Source: Yuukianura sp. NJ FZ-2021
Lineage: Eukaryota
Direction of reading: 5' to 3'
Assembly (NCBI GenBank): GCA_046563655.1
Contig: CM102289.1
Coordinates: 3,286,001 to 3,350,000, forward strand
Length of the DNA stretch: 64,000 nt
The notes under the pieces are model-generated. The model did not search any database, was not told the DNA's origin, and worked only from the letters and a program-made list of their open reading frames with translations. The position numbers and the translations under genes were made by a program. Positions within the stretch are counted from its first letter, which is position 1, and every line of letters begins with the position of its first letter. Of this stretch, positions 36,608-47,956 are shown piece after piece.

Positions 36608-39499
36608 TCAGACAAAAGAATTACTTAGCGTAGAGTCAAGACAGGGCATATTTGCTAGGTTAGAACTTTTTGTAGTCGTCAAGATTTGTAAATTTAGAAA
36701 ATGTTTCTGAAGCGCATTCCGGAAGTGTGCAAGTGGTTTTCCAATTCCAAGATCCTGAAGTTCAGTCGGTAGGGCGCAAATTATTTTAGCAATTGCAGGA
36801 ATGAAGGCCTTTGAATGGAAATGTTTGTCATTCACAAAAACGTAGGATCCGCTCCGTGTCGATTTCCTTTGTCGTAGGCAGCTTTCAATCTGTAAGATGG
36901 TCTCCTGGAAGTATGGAACTTTGTGAAACTTCAACTTGGCAAAGACTTGAACCAGTTCAAAAAGATTGAGATGAGTGGGAAGTAACCATTCAAGTTCGTT
37001 GTTCAGTTTCTCCATGACGCAGTCGCGCTTTCTTAATTGAAAGATGAATCGAACACTTTTGCGAAAGATTTTGTTGATGCACTGAAACTGTGTTGTTTTG
37101 CAGTTGGCCCAAATGATCAACATGTATCGCAAGATCGGTTGAATGTAGGATGTCACCAATAATTTTCTGTGTTTTTCGGACAAAAGCTTTTGTAGCGGGT
37201 AGAGTGACCAAAGAATTGTGTTGCATCTTCTGATGACGGAGATGTGCTGCTCACACCATGACAGCGTGTTATCGATGATGAGTCCAAGTGACTTGAACGA
37301 GGTAACACTTGTGACGCTAGTGCTTCCTACCTTTAGTTGAATTTGACCAATTGTTTTGATTGTAGTTTTTTTTCCAATTAGTAAAACTTTGGTTTTTTCA
37401 ATATTAAGGGCCATGTGATTATTTCTCATCCATTTGTCTATTTTTTCAATTAGATCTTCCGCTCTCTTAATTAGTAATTTGATGTGTTCCGGTTGAGCCG
37501 CAAGGACAATGTTGTTGTCGTCTGCAAATAATATTGCAGACGCTTCATTAATTATTTCCATTAGGTCGTTAATCATAATGGCGAATAGTAGAGGGCCAAG
37601 TACAGAGCCTTGAGGAACAGACAAAATGGTTTCCCGAGATGTTGAGCGTGTGTTGTTGACTTCGACATGCTGTGTCCTGTTGTTAAGGTATGATTCAAAC
37701 CATTTAGTGGAGATGTTATACCACTTTAGTTTGTCTATCAGAAAACCTTTGTTCACAGTATCAAACGCTTTTTTTAAGTCCAACGAAATCACAAGGCACA
37801 CTTCACTTTGATTAAGATGCGAATATATTATGTTGGTCAAAGCCAGTTGAGCTAATGTAGTTGAATGATTTTGCCTAAACCCAAATTGGGCCCTATGTAA
37901 TATTGAATTGCGGTCCAAAAACTCCGTCAACTGATGATGAGCAAATTTCTCTAAGAGTTTGCCAAGTACTGGTTGAAGCGATATTGGTCGTGTGTCGGAA
38001 GGATGTTGTGGCACTTTCACTTTGGACAATGGAATGACCTTGGAATTTTGGAGTAATGCAGGAAAAACTTCAGTTTCAAAACTTTTGTTAATAAGGTGTA
38101 ACAATTGTGTTTTAATGTTAGGTGCACTTTCACTATGTGAGACAATCCAGTTTGAAATTCCGAATTGATCTTTACTTCGTGATTGTCTGTTGTTCACATT
38201 TCTCCAGATTTTGTAAAATTGATGAGATGTAACAGGCTTGAGTACAAAAGTTTCAGCAGGTGTCTTAAGTGAAGTAGGTTTCGATGGGCAGAGTGTTGAT
38301 ACAAATTGAGGTGTTGTGATGGATGTAAAGTATTGATTGATTTGATTTGCACTGAACGGAAGTTGAGTTGTCTTTGACTTTGATCTTGACCAGATTTTAG
38401 AAATAGCTTTAAAAGGGCCAAGCTTTTCAATGTCAAGATTTAAAGTGTCTTTTTTGTCTCGTAGCACAAACGATTTCACTTTTTTTTTAATACTTTTCAG
38501 TTGGGTAAGGAAGCCTGGATCTGTAGATTTAGTAGTTGCAAGTTGGTCCCTCAGTACAATCAATTTCTTTGTTTCTTCTGAAAGAGTAAGTGGCACTGGT
38601 CTTGGAACAAAAGAAACACTTTTTGTTTTTGCAGTATCGTCAAAGTTTGATTTGATTTTCTGCATGAATTCTTGGAATTCGAGGTTGATATCTTTTACAT
38701 TAGTCTGGAATGTAGTGTAAATGTTCTTGAGGCCGAATTCTTCAAAGTCAAAATTCTTGTAGTCGACATATTTGAACTGTACCCGTGGAACTTGTGGTTT
38801 CATCAAGTTGACTTTTACTAACGTCATCGCATGGTCAGACAGATGAGGATCGATGACGGAATGATCAACTACGATTTCCGGAGCGTTTGTGAATATTAAA
38901 TCAAGTATTGATTCGCCCCTTGTTGGTAGTTGCACTAACTGATGAAATGTAGATGTTGTTTTTTTGACAAGTTGGCGACATTTTGGTGGAATGTACTTCT
39001 GGTTCAAGTTGAAGTCGCCTAGAATGAAAGATTTCTTTTTGTGCAGGCTCAGTTCGTTGAAAAGTTTGTTCATAGATTCTAAATCTTGGGTGAGTATGTC
39101 AGTTGTGTAGTTGGGAATTCGGTAAGCACTTGAAACAATGACGGTTTTGTTATGGTTTAGTTGAATCGAAAGAGTTATGACTTCAAAGTTGCAGTTCTGA
39201 GGTAAATCGATTATTTCAACTTTTGACTTGAGCGTAGAACGGACTAGAATGCCTACTCCACCTTTTGCTTGCCATTCCCTATCCAAATGTAGGAAATCAT
39301 AACCTTCAATTAATCTGGGTGGATTGTTGATCTTGAGATGAGTTTCTGTGATACACAAAACATCGAGATCATAAGAGTCAATCATCATTTTTATTGAGTC
39401 ACATTTTGTGTTGAAGCCACAAACATTTAGTCCAGCTATTTTCAATAGTTTACAGGAAGTCGACGTAGTAGATTGAACAGTAGATGAATTATGGCCTAG
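36608..39499 (-). CDS. LINE ORF2: apurinic-type endonuclease plus reverse transcriptase
   Basis: GLNVCG, ITETHL, GDFN, LDLIF and SDH (APE); QFGFR, LDLKKAFDTV, PQGSVLGP and FADD (RT). Reading frame is open from the ORF1 stop onward. Confidence 0.95.
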   Translation of the reverse strand, partial: LGHNSSTVQSTTSTSCKLLKIAGLNVCGFNTKCDSIKMMIDSYDLDVLCITETHLKINNPPRLIEGYDFLHLDREWQAKGGVGILVRSTLKSKVEIIDLPQNCNFEVITLSIQLNHNKTVIVSSAYRIPNYTTDILTQDLESMNKLFNELSLHKKKSFILGDFNLNQKYIPPKCRQLVKKTTSTFHQLVQLPTRGESILDLIFTNAPEIVVDHSVIDPHLSDHAMTLVKVNLMKPQVPRVQFKYVDYKNFDFEEFGLKNIYTTFQTNVKDINLEFQEFMQKIKSNFDDTAKTKSVSFVPRPVPLTLSEETKKLIVLRDQLATTKSTDPGFLTQLKSIKKKVKSFVLRDKKDTLNLDIEKLGPFKAISKIWSRSKSKTTQLPFSANQINQYFTSITTPQFVSTLCPSKPTSLKTPAETFVLKPVTSHQFYKIWRNVNNRQSRSKDQFGISNWIVSHSESAPNIKTQLLHLINKSFETEVFPALLQNSKVIPLSKVKVPQHPSDTRPISLQPVLGKLLEKFAHHQLTEFLDRNSILHRAQFGFRQNHSTTLAQLALTNIIYSHLNQSEVCLVISLDLKKAFDTVNKGFLIDKLKWYNISTKWFESYLNNRTQHVEVNNTRSTSRETILSVPQGSVLGPLLFAIMINDLMEIINEASAILFADDNNIVLAAQPEHIKLLIKRAEDLIEKIDKWMRNNHMALNIEKTKVLLIGKKTTIKTIGQIQLKVGSTSVTSVTSFKSLGLIIDNTLSWCEQHISVIRRCNTILWSLYPLQKLLSEKHRKLLVTSYIQPILRYMLIIWANCKTTQFQCINKIFRKSVRFIFQLRKRDCVMEKLNNELEWLLPTHLNLFELVQVFAKLKFHKVPYFQETILQIESCLRQRKSTRSGSYVFVNDKHFHSKAFIPAIAKIICALPTELQDLGIGKPLAHFRNALQKHFLNLQILTTTKSSNLANMPCLDSTLSNSFV

Positions 39500-40270
39500 T
39501 CATTTCTGATTGGTGTTAGCAGTTTGAGATTGAGACATGGTAGCAGGGTTATTGGATCGTTTAATTGCTCGGTTGATTCTCGTAGCTTTAGGAACGTCAT
39601 CTTTAAGTATGAGTCTGTCTCCAGATTGAGAGGTCGGCATGTCGAACCGTTTTCCCCAGACAATGTTTCTTTCCTTTCTGGATCTGAAAACAATTTTCAC
39701 TGGAGGAATTCTTGTGCCATTGAAGTTTCCAAGACGTGAGACAGCGGAGGTGAAGATTATGTCTTTTGTTCCAGTCGTTTGCAAGCAAAGTTTTTCGATG
39801 TAGTCGGTAAGAAGAGATTCAGATTCATTTGCCAATTTGTTAAGTCCGTGGAGGATGAGATTAGATTTCCCAAGTTCGATTTGGATCTGCTCAATTTCCT
39901 TGTCATGTACTGAAAGTTTGATCCCGTCTGCATCTTGTCTAGATTCTACAATTGATACTCGATTTTGAAGAGAAGTGATCTGGGTTGAGAGGTCAGTAAT
40001 TTGCTGTGAAAGTTTGAGATTGTCTTTTTGAAGATCAATTCGAAGCTGGTTGATAGCTGCCACAATGGTTTCGTTTGTCATTTTTTGTTTTTTTGGGCCT
40101 AAGGACGTAGAGGTATCGTCAATTGACGGAGTTGCCTTCCGTTTCGCACTTCTCGTGTTCGCTTGATTAGCGGTTGGTACCGGAGGAATTTTAGTAGGTT
40201 CGATTTGCGTGTCGATATCAGAAGTAGTGTCACTGGTTGATGAATTCATTGGAGTTGTTTGTGGTAACAT
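39500..40270 (-). CDS. LINE ORF1 (coiled coil plus RRM-like nucleic-acid-binding protein)
   Basis: 256 aa; heptad region LSQQITDLSTQITSLQNRV followed by NLILHGL...RLG...PVKIVF, typical of LINE ORF1 RRM; lies upstream of ORF2. Confidence 0.8.
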   Translation of the reverse strand: MLPQTTPMNSSTSDTTSDIDTQIEPTKIPPVPTANQANTRSAKRKATPSIDDTSTSLGPKKQKMTNETIVAAINQLRIDLQKDNLKLSQQITDLSTQITSLQNRVSIVESRQDADGIKLSVHDKEIEQIQIELGKSNLILHGLNKLANESESLLTDYIEKLCLQTTGTKDIIFTSAVSRLGNFNGTRIPPVKIVFRSRKERNIVWGKRFDMPTSQSGDRLILKDDVPKATRINRAIKRSNNPATMSQSQTANTNQK

Positions 40271-43009
40271 ATAACATTGGTTCCATGTCAGTTTCCTGAA
40301 AAATTTGCAGTATCTCTTTAGCGGTATACCAGTCAGCTGTTTTCGTAGATTGATAATATTATTAAGGTGGTTGCTTATCTTAGTTTAGCAGATGAACAGG
40401 ATTAGCAGGAACAAGGATTGACTATGCAATCAGTCAAACAATTGTTCCCGTCACGAAGTAATGTTGTCCAGTAACCAGTGTTATCCAGTGGAAGAGGTAC
40501 TTGACCACGTCATTATTAAACTAGCTAATGATTCAAAAATTAAAATTATTACTTTTCAACACGCATCTAAATCTTGTTTCAAACTTTTTGTCAACTTAAC
40601 AGTTCAATAGGATGTACGTTACAAATTCAAAATTTACTTAGAGTTTAGTTTTTCTCATTTTCTTTAATAATATTGAACAAATTTGGAAATACTTATTTCC
40701 AGAAAAATGAAAAATATATTTTTCATTCTAAAATCCTCTGTGACACTTTGCTTCAGAAGCTTAAGCTTGAAGCAAAGTGTCATGTATGATTCTGGAAATT
40801 CCAGACTGGAATGACCCTCATGGGCAAGCAGCGAAATCGAATGTGAGTATTTGGAAAGAAGAAACCGGAATGACTACCGGAAATAATCCAAAATGATAGG
40901 CTATGTGAAGCCCCATGTGTTTCTGGATACTACTGGAATTGTTTTTTGTTTGGCCTGGAATGATGCGGTGTGGAAAACTAAAGTTATTTTGACTGGTGTG
41001 CCTCATCTTTTCAGTTTCACTACAACTTCATCTCTGAAGAAAAAAAATCGTGATCATTTTTCGCCTTCCTTTCGAAATGCTTTTCACGTCACGTCATTCA
41101 TCTCACTTTTTTCTAGATTCAGACTCGGAGCTTCAGCTTCTGAGACACCGGAACAGTAAAACACTTCGCACTACTGCAATTCATCACTTGCCCTTTCTTC
41201 ATCTTCTTCGTCTAGTATTCGATTTTTCACATAAATTTCAGTATCTTCCTCTATACTTGTAATTTATTTGAGCAGCTTTACTTTTCTGTTCAGCGTAATG
41301 TTCAATTCCGTAAGAGTTCAATAAGCTTCAATAATCATTGGAAAAATCGGGAATTTAGTAAAATGACATAGTGTTATCTTTGGTTTCAACTCCATTCTGA
41401 AATAGTAGTTGCAGGAAAAAGCTGAATATGAAATGGAACATGTTGGAAAATTTTTGTTTAGTCAGCTATATGTTGCCAACCAAATGTCAAACATGGCGTT
41501 CATTCTTGTTTATTTCCAGATATGGCCACAAGGCTTTTGTCGGAATCCACTTTCCATTAGTTACATAAAACCATATTTTGCCCGGAAACTTTCATTTCGA
41601 ATTTCAAAGCCCGTCGTGTATTAATATGAGTTCCAAAATGAAAAAGCAGGATATGTCTTAGTTTTTACGTTCGCTTTTTATATTGCATTTACTTTACTAA
41701 ATTATATTATTCATGTATGTACTTCTAGTTTATGTACTTTTCAATGTTCAGTTTACGCGTTGAGCATTTTAAGTTACTGAATTGATTGCTATTGCATTTG
41801 GAAAATGAATGGGAATGGAGCTGTACTAGCTTTTGAATTCAGCAAGCATTAGACGAGGAAGGAATTTGAGAATGTGAACAAATCGTTTTGGTTCTAAATG
41901 AGGCGTGGAACAAGGCATTTGTCTCTGAATTAGCATTTGACTTTATTTAGGCAACTAGCTAAATTAGGAGCTTCTCCAATGTCATGAATCGATACTTGGC
42001 ACCACCTACAGTGAAGTCTTACATCCGCTGGATGCCTCCATCTCCTCCTCAGATCTTCAAATCTCTGTTCTTCCTGCATAGCATCACTTTCCATTTTCAG
42101 AAATCACCAAACACATTCTGAATCCTGAGCAGAATTGGAATTGGACTGATGGAATTCCAATCCAGGCGGAAGTATGTTCTTCTCCCGTCATGTGGAAGTT
42201 TTCTTCCTATGAAAATATTTTCTATCCCAACGGAACGCCTGCTTGCCATTCAGTCGGAGCTTTACCCGTGTCCATTTTCCTACAAAGGCGGCTGCTTTTG
42301 ACTCTCAGAGTGAAAGTGGACGTATAGCATAGTTTTTTTTTCTAGAAGGAATCAGATACACTAGAAGGGCGGAGGGGAAACGTGAGAACAAGTAAGAAGG
42401 GCTTGTTTATCCAAGTGATTTCTAGTGTAGAGGGAAGTAGAGTACTGAAGGGGTAACCACAGCCAGTGGTCGGCTAAAACTGAGAAAACTTGGGAAGAAA
42501 GTGGATTCAAAGAGCCCGCTTTCTTCGAAGGCCTCTGCAGAACTTATTGATTTTTTTTCTATCCGTCTTCTTAATGATTCGAGGGCAAACAAAAGCTTGA
42601 CCAAATACGAGGGAACGGAAAAAAAGAAGACAAACTGCTCTTGCTTTTCATCATCATTTGTTTCCTTTTCTGCCGCACTTGAGGAGAGAGGAAGACAGAT
42701 TGAGACTGTACGAAAGCAGTATTGTGCTGCTGGACGTTTTCACTGGGATATGAGCGCAGAACACGAACAGGGTTCACTGTAAGGCTCCTTCTCTAATGAC
42801 AGCCATCATCATCAACTGAATGCCGGCAAAACTCTTCATTTCTGATTCAAAGTTAAAGCATAGCTTCTTCAACCCAACTGTTTTAATAACCTACATTACA
42901 AAAAAATGCAATTTTTTTGATACTTTGCAAAGGGTATTTAAGGAGGTTTACATGAAACAAAATATTTGCAGCCTTTTCTATTATTTTCACTTACTGTAAC
43001 TAGTTCGTC

Positions 43010-43276
43010 GTTACAACCAAGGTTTGGCAACAAGAAAAAACTTTTTCTTCAACAGGTTAGGCAATAGCTCAAACTTTTTAAATTTTGTTAAAAAATAGCA
43101 AAACGTGGGTCACCCTGCCTTCGTATGGTAATGAAAATGATTTATGAATAATCAAATGGAATTGGAGGAAAATTGGAAGAAAAAATTGTTTACGGCGAGA
43201 TTTTTCGACAACAGGACTTATTCCTTAACCTGTTAAAGGATATCTATTTCGTTGCAGTAGGAACCTTGGTTGCAAC
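43010..43276. mobile_element. MITE-like element with imperfect inverted ends; related fragments near 4910-4985 and 21140-21205
   Basis: GTTACAACCAAGGTT...AACAGGTTAGG mirrored by CCTTAACCTGTT...AACCTTGGTTGCAAC; similar CAAG...TTGACAACG...TTAAC...GGTTA string found twice elsewhere. Confidence 0.5.
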
Positions 43277-46200
43277 CTAAGGAATTCTGGTTTATTTCAA
43301 CCAACATTTTTCAAAACGATGCGTGACATCATATTTTTCATTTACGCATGATGTGATGTAGGCCATGCGTGTCTGGTGTCGATTTTTCTTCGTAATCAAC
43401 CTCCATAGAACGAGCGTTTTGATTTGAAAAGTTTTGGACCGACATTTTCTTCTGTACAGAAACTAACATACAGGAAGGCACTACATGGAGGCAGATGTAG
43501 AACTTTATATGTAGTGAAAGTGAGTGTCAAATCACATTAAGCAAAGGAAGTGTGACATGAAACATATATGATCTTTTTGCCCTCCTTCTCCGAATCTTCT
43601 TTCCTAGGAACGAAGAAGAGAAAACTTGTTGAATTTAGACACTTCTGAACTGCTGCTGCTCTTCCATTGGTTGGAATTTAGCGCTTGAAGCTAAAAGCCA
43701 TTTTGTTTCCCATTTAAGCACTACAACGTGTACAAATCAAGAAAAATGATATTTTTTTTTTCTTAGAAAAACTTTCTATTCTTTGATTTCACTCTACATC
43801 GATTTTCCATTTTGATTTTTGAGGAACTCATGCTGTGTTGATATGATCAACTAAAAGATCGAATCTGAGATCCATTTCCTCTACTTTGTTCCGCTCCCGG
43901 CACAATTCCCACTTTTCTTCTAGCCGTATGCTCATGTTCCTTATATTTTCATGGCTTTCTCCATATGCTTTCTCTTGAAAAGGTTATGTTAGGTTAGGTA
44001 TAGAACGTATGTACTAGACAAAACGTGTTTCTATTGTGTGGTAGCGTGGACTTTAGACTGCTCCACCCGATACCGAAACCAGCCGCGTTGTCGTCCTCCC
44101 TTCTGCGAATGTGTGATTTATTAGAGAAGCAGCAATTGGTGGAGACGCATATCGATCCCACGGTTCTCTATTCCAATAATTCTTTAGCAGAATCCATGGA
44201 TCCAAAAACTGCCGCTTTTGGAACCGACTAGGTTAGGCTACCAACCTAATGTTAGGAGCTTCAACAACCAAAATGAGCCTTGAGCTTCAAACCAGTCTAC
44301 CAAAGAAGGTTCCTTTGACGAGCAATGTGGAGCATCACATTGTGGCTTTTGAGCACGTTGCGGCAAACGAGCATCTCAAAGTAGTTAGTAAAGGCACATT
44401 TAATGTGCCTAAGGAGAAAGTATTATACATTTTCCATTAAATTTCTCCGTCTTTCGATAGCTTCCTTTTTGACAAGGCTTGAGTCGGGAGTGAATGGGAC
44501 GAAAGAAGACGGAGTGCCGTCCTAGTGCCTGCTTATTCCATTACTTGTCGAATTAGAGATACATGATTTAGCAGGGAATGTTGCCAAGGAGAGGATTCTA
44601 TTATAAGGGGATTCTGGCGGGAAACAGGCGGCGCAAGGAGAAAGTCGAGCAGCACAAGCATAAGCCTCAAAAGTTCCATTCATTCTCAAGTGCTGGCAGT
44701 ATTATCTGTATGGATCCCAGTTTACTGCCAATCAATTCCCAAACCACTTTTCCGAGACACAAAATCCTTTTTGTTGAGGTATCAATTAGAGTGATTAGGT
44801 TTTGTTTTCTACACGGTCAAGGAAAAGCTAACTTTCACCACGAGTAAACAAAAGATGACTTGTAAAGGCAGTAACTAGATACTTAGTATAAACAATAACA
44901 TGTGGACCATTAGTTCTGTAGACTTCCTAACTTTGTTAGGTTATTTAGAATCACATGTTAGGTTTTGAGCATACATCAACGGTATGGCTCGAACTTCTAT
45001 AATGCAAGTCCTGGAACCCCAAAAACTCAATTGCTCAATCTATTGTTCCAATTCCATTGGAGAAACAAAAGGACTTTCGAAACCAGAAAATTAACATTTG
45101 TAACAATTTCGGGTTCGGAATAAAACAAAAGTGCCTACAACAGCAGAAAATGTTTGATACTAAAAGTTAAGAGTCAAACCAATAGGAATTGTGCAAATAC
45201 AAGACAATTAGTTTGAATTGTTTGAATTGAGTCTAACGGATGAGGGGCGTGAACTCTTTGTTAGCACGAGGCTTTTGATGTGCTAACATAAGTGGAGTTT
45301 GTAATTAAACTGGAAACACCTCTTTAACTTTAGACTAATTAATATTTAATTGTGCTTTAGGGTCGTAGTGCTTCAAAAAATGTTCGATTAACCTCCCAGC
45401 CTAAAGTGTTGACTAAATTACATTTCGACTTTCTTATATATTCTAGTGGGAACTTTCAAAAAGTAAAAGAAAAGGAAGAAAGAACTTTGGATTTCTCTGA
45501 TCTTGAAGTGGAGGAAGAGGAAGTGGATGGTTAAATGAGAGAAGTTGCTCCTGGTCTTTTGGTGCGTATAATTAATGAGTAAGTTGGAGTTTTTAGCACC
45601 TCACCCAAAGGCTAAGAAAAGAAAGTTAGGTTAAAATTCCGGAAGTATGCCAACTTCCATGAGAAACCGCTTTTGAATAATTTTTATATTAAAACTTTTT
45701 AAATTTGGAAACGGAGAGAACTTTCGGAGGAGAGTTCTATTAATTTGTAATGTAAAGACAGTTGAAGTGGAAGTGAGTAGAAAACCAACTATTACTTTTA
45801 ACTTCCTTCTTTGAATTTTAATAAATTGTTAGCGGTTAGTTCTAATACACACTATGCAACTTTGGCTAAGGAGGAAGACGTTTTTCAGTAAAAATGAGAA
45901 AAATTTGTATCTTAATGTTTTCATTTTTCATAAGTTTTTTGGCTTCCTAGTGGCATGCTGGCTTATCTATTAGACTTTAACGGATTTAACTTCGTCAACA
46001 CTTTGTTTAACAAGGCTTGAGGTAGGTTTTAATACTTTTTCCCAGGCATTTTTTAATCAAAACCCACCACATGAACCGTATCCAAAAAAAACTCCCACAT
46101 AGGTGTGAATTTATTACTCAAGTCCAAAAAAAAGTTAATGCTCTGTTACTAATATTTCCTAAACAGGCGGATTCTTTGCCAGCATAAATTATTGCTGTCA

Positions 46201-46326
46201 TGCTTACAGAACTTTCTCCAAGCCTAGGTGTGATAAATATCAGACGTTCGATCATGCCTCTGCTGTAAAAAAAATGCTTTTTAGTAAAATCAAAGTAAAC
46301 AATTTCAAATTGCCGATAAAAATTCC

Positions 46327-46418
46327 AGTAGTGAGTAAGTTGGGACAACAGCACCCTCCTGTTTTTAGTACATCCACGGGGGTTAGTCGGTCGCAATATT
46401 GGGGAGGGAAAAAACTCA
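46327..46418 (+). repeat. Left terminal inverted repeat of the Polinton
   Basis: AGTAGTGAGTAAGTTGGGACAACAGC...AAAAAACTCA; reverse complement of 63327-63418 except one base (46391). Confidence 0.97.
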
Positions 46419-46420
46419 CA

Positions 46421-46533
46421 ACAAAAAAAAATGTCGTCAACAAAAAAGTCGACAACAAAAAATGTCGACAAAAAAAGATCGAAAACAAAAATGTCGACAA
46501 AAAATATCGATAACAAAAAAGTCGACAAAAAAA
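46421..46533. repeat. Subterminal array of seven RTCGAY-like cores separated by A-tracts (~15-bp period)
   Basis: Cores at 46433, 46448, 46464, 46478, 46493, 46506 and 46521 (four exact GTCGAC). Confidence 0.85.
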
Positions 46534-46564
46534 CAAGTAGTGAAATTTTTGTATATAAAATTCG

Positions 46565-46704
46565 AACATTGACTCTAGCCTAGTGTCTAAGTGCTTGTAA
46601 CTACTTCTCTACGGCCGCTGGTTCGAATACCACACGGGTCAACGCTTGTGGTTAAGAAGTTACAAGTACTTAGATACAAGACTGGGGTCAATGTTATTAT
46701 TTTT
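46565..46704 (+). ncRNA. Candidate Pol III (A-box/B-box) hairpin RNA, tRNA-derived / VA-RNA-like
   Basis: A-box-like TAGCCTAGTGT (46576), B-box-like GGTTCGAATACC (46620), 38-nt complementary arms 46565-46602 and 46658-46695, T5 terminator at 46700-46704. Confidence 0.55.
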
Positions 46705-46917
46705 ATTTTAAGTTAAGGATTGAGTTCTTGGAAAAATATCTTTTCTCAAGAAAAACGTTTTTTTTTTCTTGAAAAGTTCTCAAAATAACATTTCTTTAGA
46801 AAAAACGTTTTTGAAAAAATTTCAAAATAGCATTTCAAACGTTGTCCAAGTAGTACTTAAACAGCGAGTTTTGAGACTAGCAATCATCAGTTCAGAAACC
46901 AGTCTCAAACTATAAGC

Positions 46918-47769
46918 ATGCGGGGATTCAGGTCATACATGGAAGTTTCGGAACCGTTTATTGACATGGAAGATGTCATCGCAGTCAAGATTTCTGGACA
47001 TTCGATTCTTCTGACAGCAGAGGAACTGCCAACCGTGGTGGAAAAGCTAGTAAAAGCATACATAGCCGCAGGGGAAATGATGAAGGATTTACCACACTTT
47101 GAAACAATCATGGCAACTAACCGCAAGAATGGATTCCTAAAGTTATTTCGTCAACAGTCACCAGCAGAGTTTCAAACACTCAAAGAAAAGCTGGAGCGAC
47201 CGCTTCTTCCTATCCACTGCATCACAGGCAATGTGAATCGGGTGTTTCTCATACGTAGCGGTCGTCCACTTCCCATCGAAATCATGGACATTCCACTTCT
47301 GGTGGAATCACTTCTAAAGTGTGGCTGCTTTCCGACCTCATATACAGAAAAGTATCTGGATGAGCTCATTCATGAGTCAAAACGTGAATACATGAGAAAG
47401 CTACGCGATAAAATTCTCAACACTCGTGCCAACAGAATTAAAGAAACACTTGGCAAGGCTGCCGGTTTAAAGACGAACAAGAAAGTTCATCCATACAAAA
47501 AACCAAACGTGTTTCACCGATTTGCCTGCTATTTATCTCCAGAGTCTTTCATTTTAAATCCAGCCTACTCGAAGCATGTTCTGGACGTTACCAAACATCA
47601 ACAAATTCAAATTAACAACCAAAGACGTACTCCAAACCATGACTTTAACGAGCACTTTAGACTGGTCCATCTTAACATGTATCGTCAATCGTCATACTCT
47701 GATGATACAGTTCTCAACATTATTTTTTATGGTGTTAAGCAAATTTCAGCTTTTGACATTTTTTGTTAA
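46918..47769 (+). CDS. Polinton hypothetical protein, 283 aa, with two copies of an uncharacterised motif
   Basis: Clean ORF with TATA-like box and TCAGT upstream and AATAAA downstream; motif shared with ORF 48256-48672. Confidence 0.75.
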   Translation: MRGFRSYMEVSEPFIDMEDVIAVKISGHSILLTAEELPTVVEKLVKAYIAAGEMMKDLPHFETIMATNRKNGFLKLFRQQSPAEFQTLKEKLERPLLPIHCITGNVNRVFLIRSGRPLPIEIMDIPLLVESLLKCGCFPTSYTEKYLDELIHESKREYMRKLRDKILNTRANRIKETLGKAAGLKTNKKVHPYKKPNVFHRFACYLSPESFILNPAYSKHVLDVTKHQQIQINNQRRTPNHDFNEHFRLVHLNMYRQSSYSDDTVLNIIFYGVKQISAFDIFC

Positions 47770-47956
47770 ATTGTATAATCTACTTTAGTAGCAGTTTTTG
47801 TATTTGAATAAATTCAAACTTGTACATTTTCAAATTTTTTGTTGTTTGGGTTATTTTATTTTGAGAATGTCGTTTGAGAGTCGTTGAACTTTTAGTCCTT
47901 TCTATTTTTAGACAAAGTCGAAAAAACGTTTATTTTTCCTAGAATTAGGAAAAGAC

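Larger units (their letters stand above)
36428..40600 (-). mobile_element. Apparently full-length non-LTR retrotransposon (LINE, CR1/L2-like group); ends approximate
   Basis: ORF1 followed by an intact APE-RT ORF2; 3' end at AATAAA-TACAAATA (minus strand, ~36428-36441). No TSD found; the 5' limit is an estimate. Confidence 0.88.

Noticed and set aside
40600..46300. nAChR exon 1 (signal peptide) or other genes
   Set aside because: No convincing ATG-hydrophobic-phase-1 donor exon found. Exon 1 may lie outside the window, so whether the LINE and Polinton are intronic is unresolved.
46421..46533. CRISPR-like array
   Set aside because: Eukaryotic context, ~15-bp period, no unique spacers and no cas genes.
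46118..46569. ORF-track ORFs spanning the left TIR (and 63217-63459 at the right TIR)
   Set aside because: They cross element boundaries and translate repeat DNA; spurious.
46569..46641. Functional tRNA gene
   Set aside because: A/B boxes are present but I cannot form a canonical anticodon arm or full acceptor and T stems; kept only as a tRNA-like Pol III hairpin candidate.
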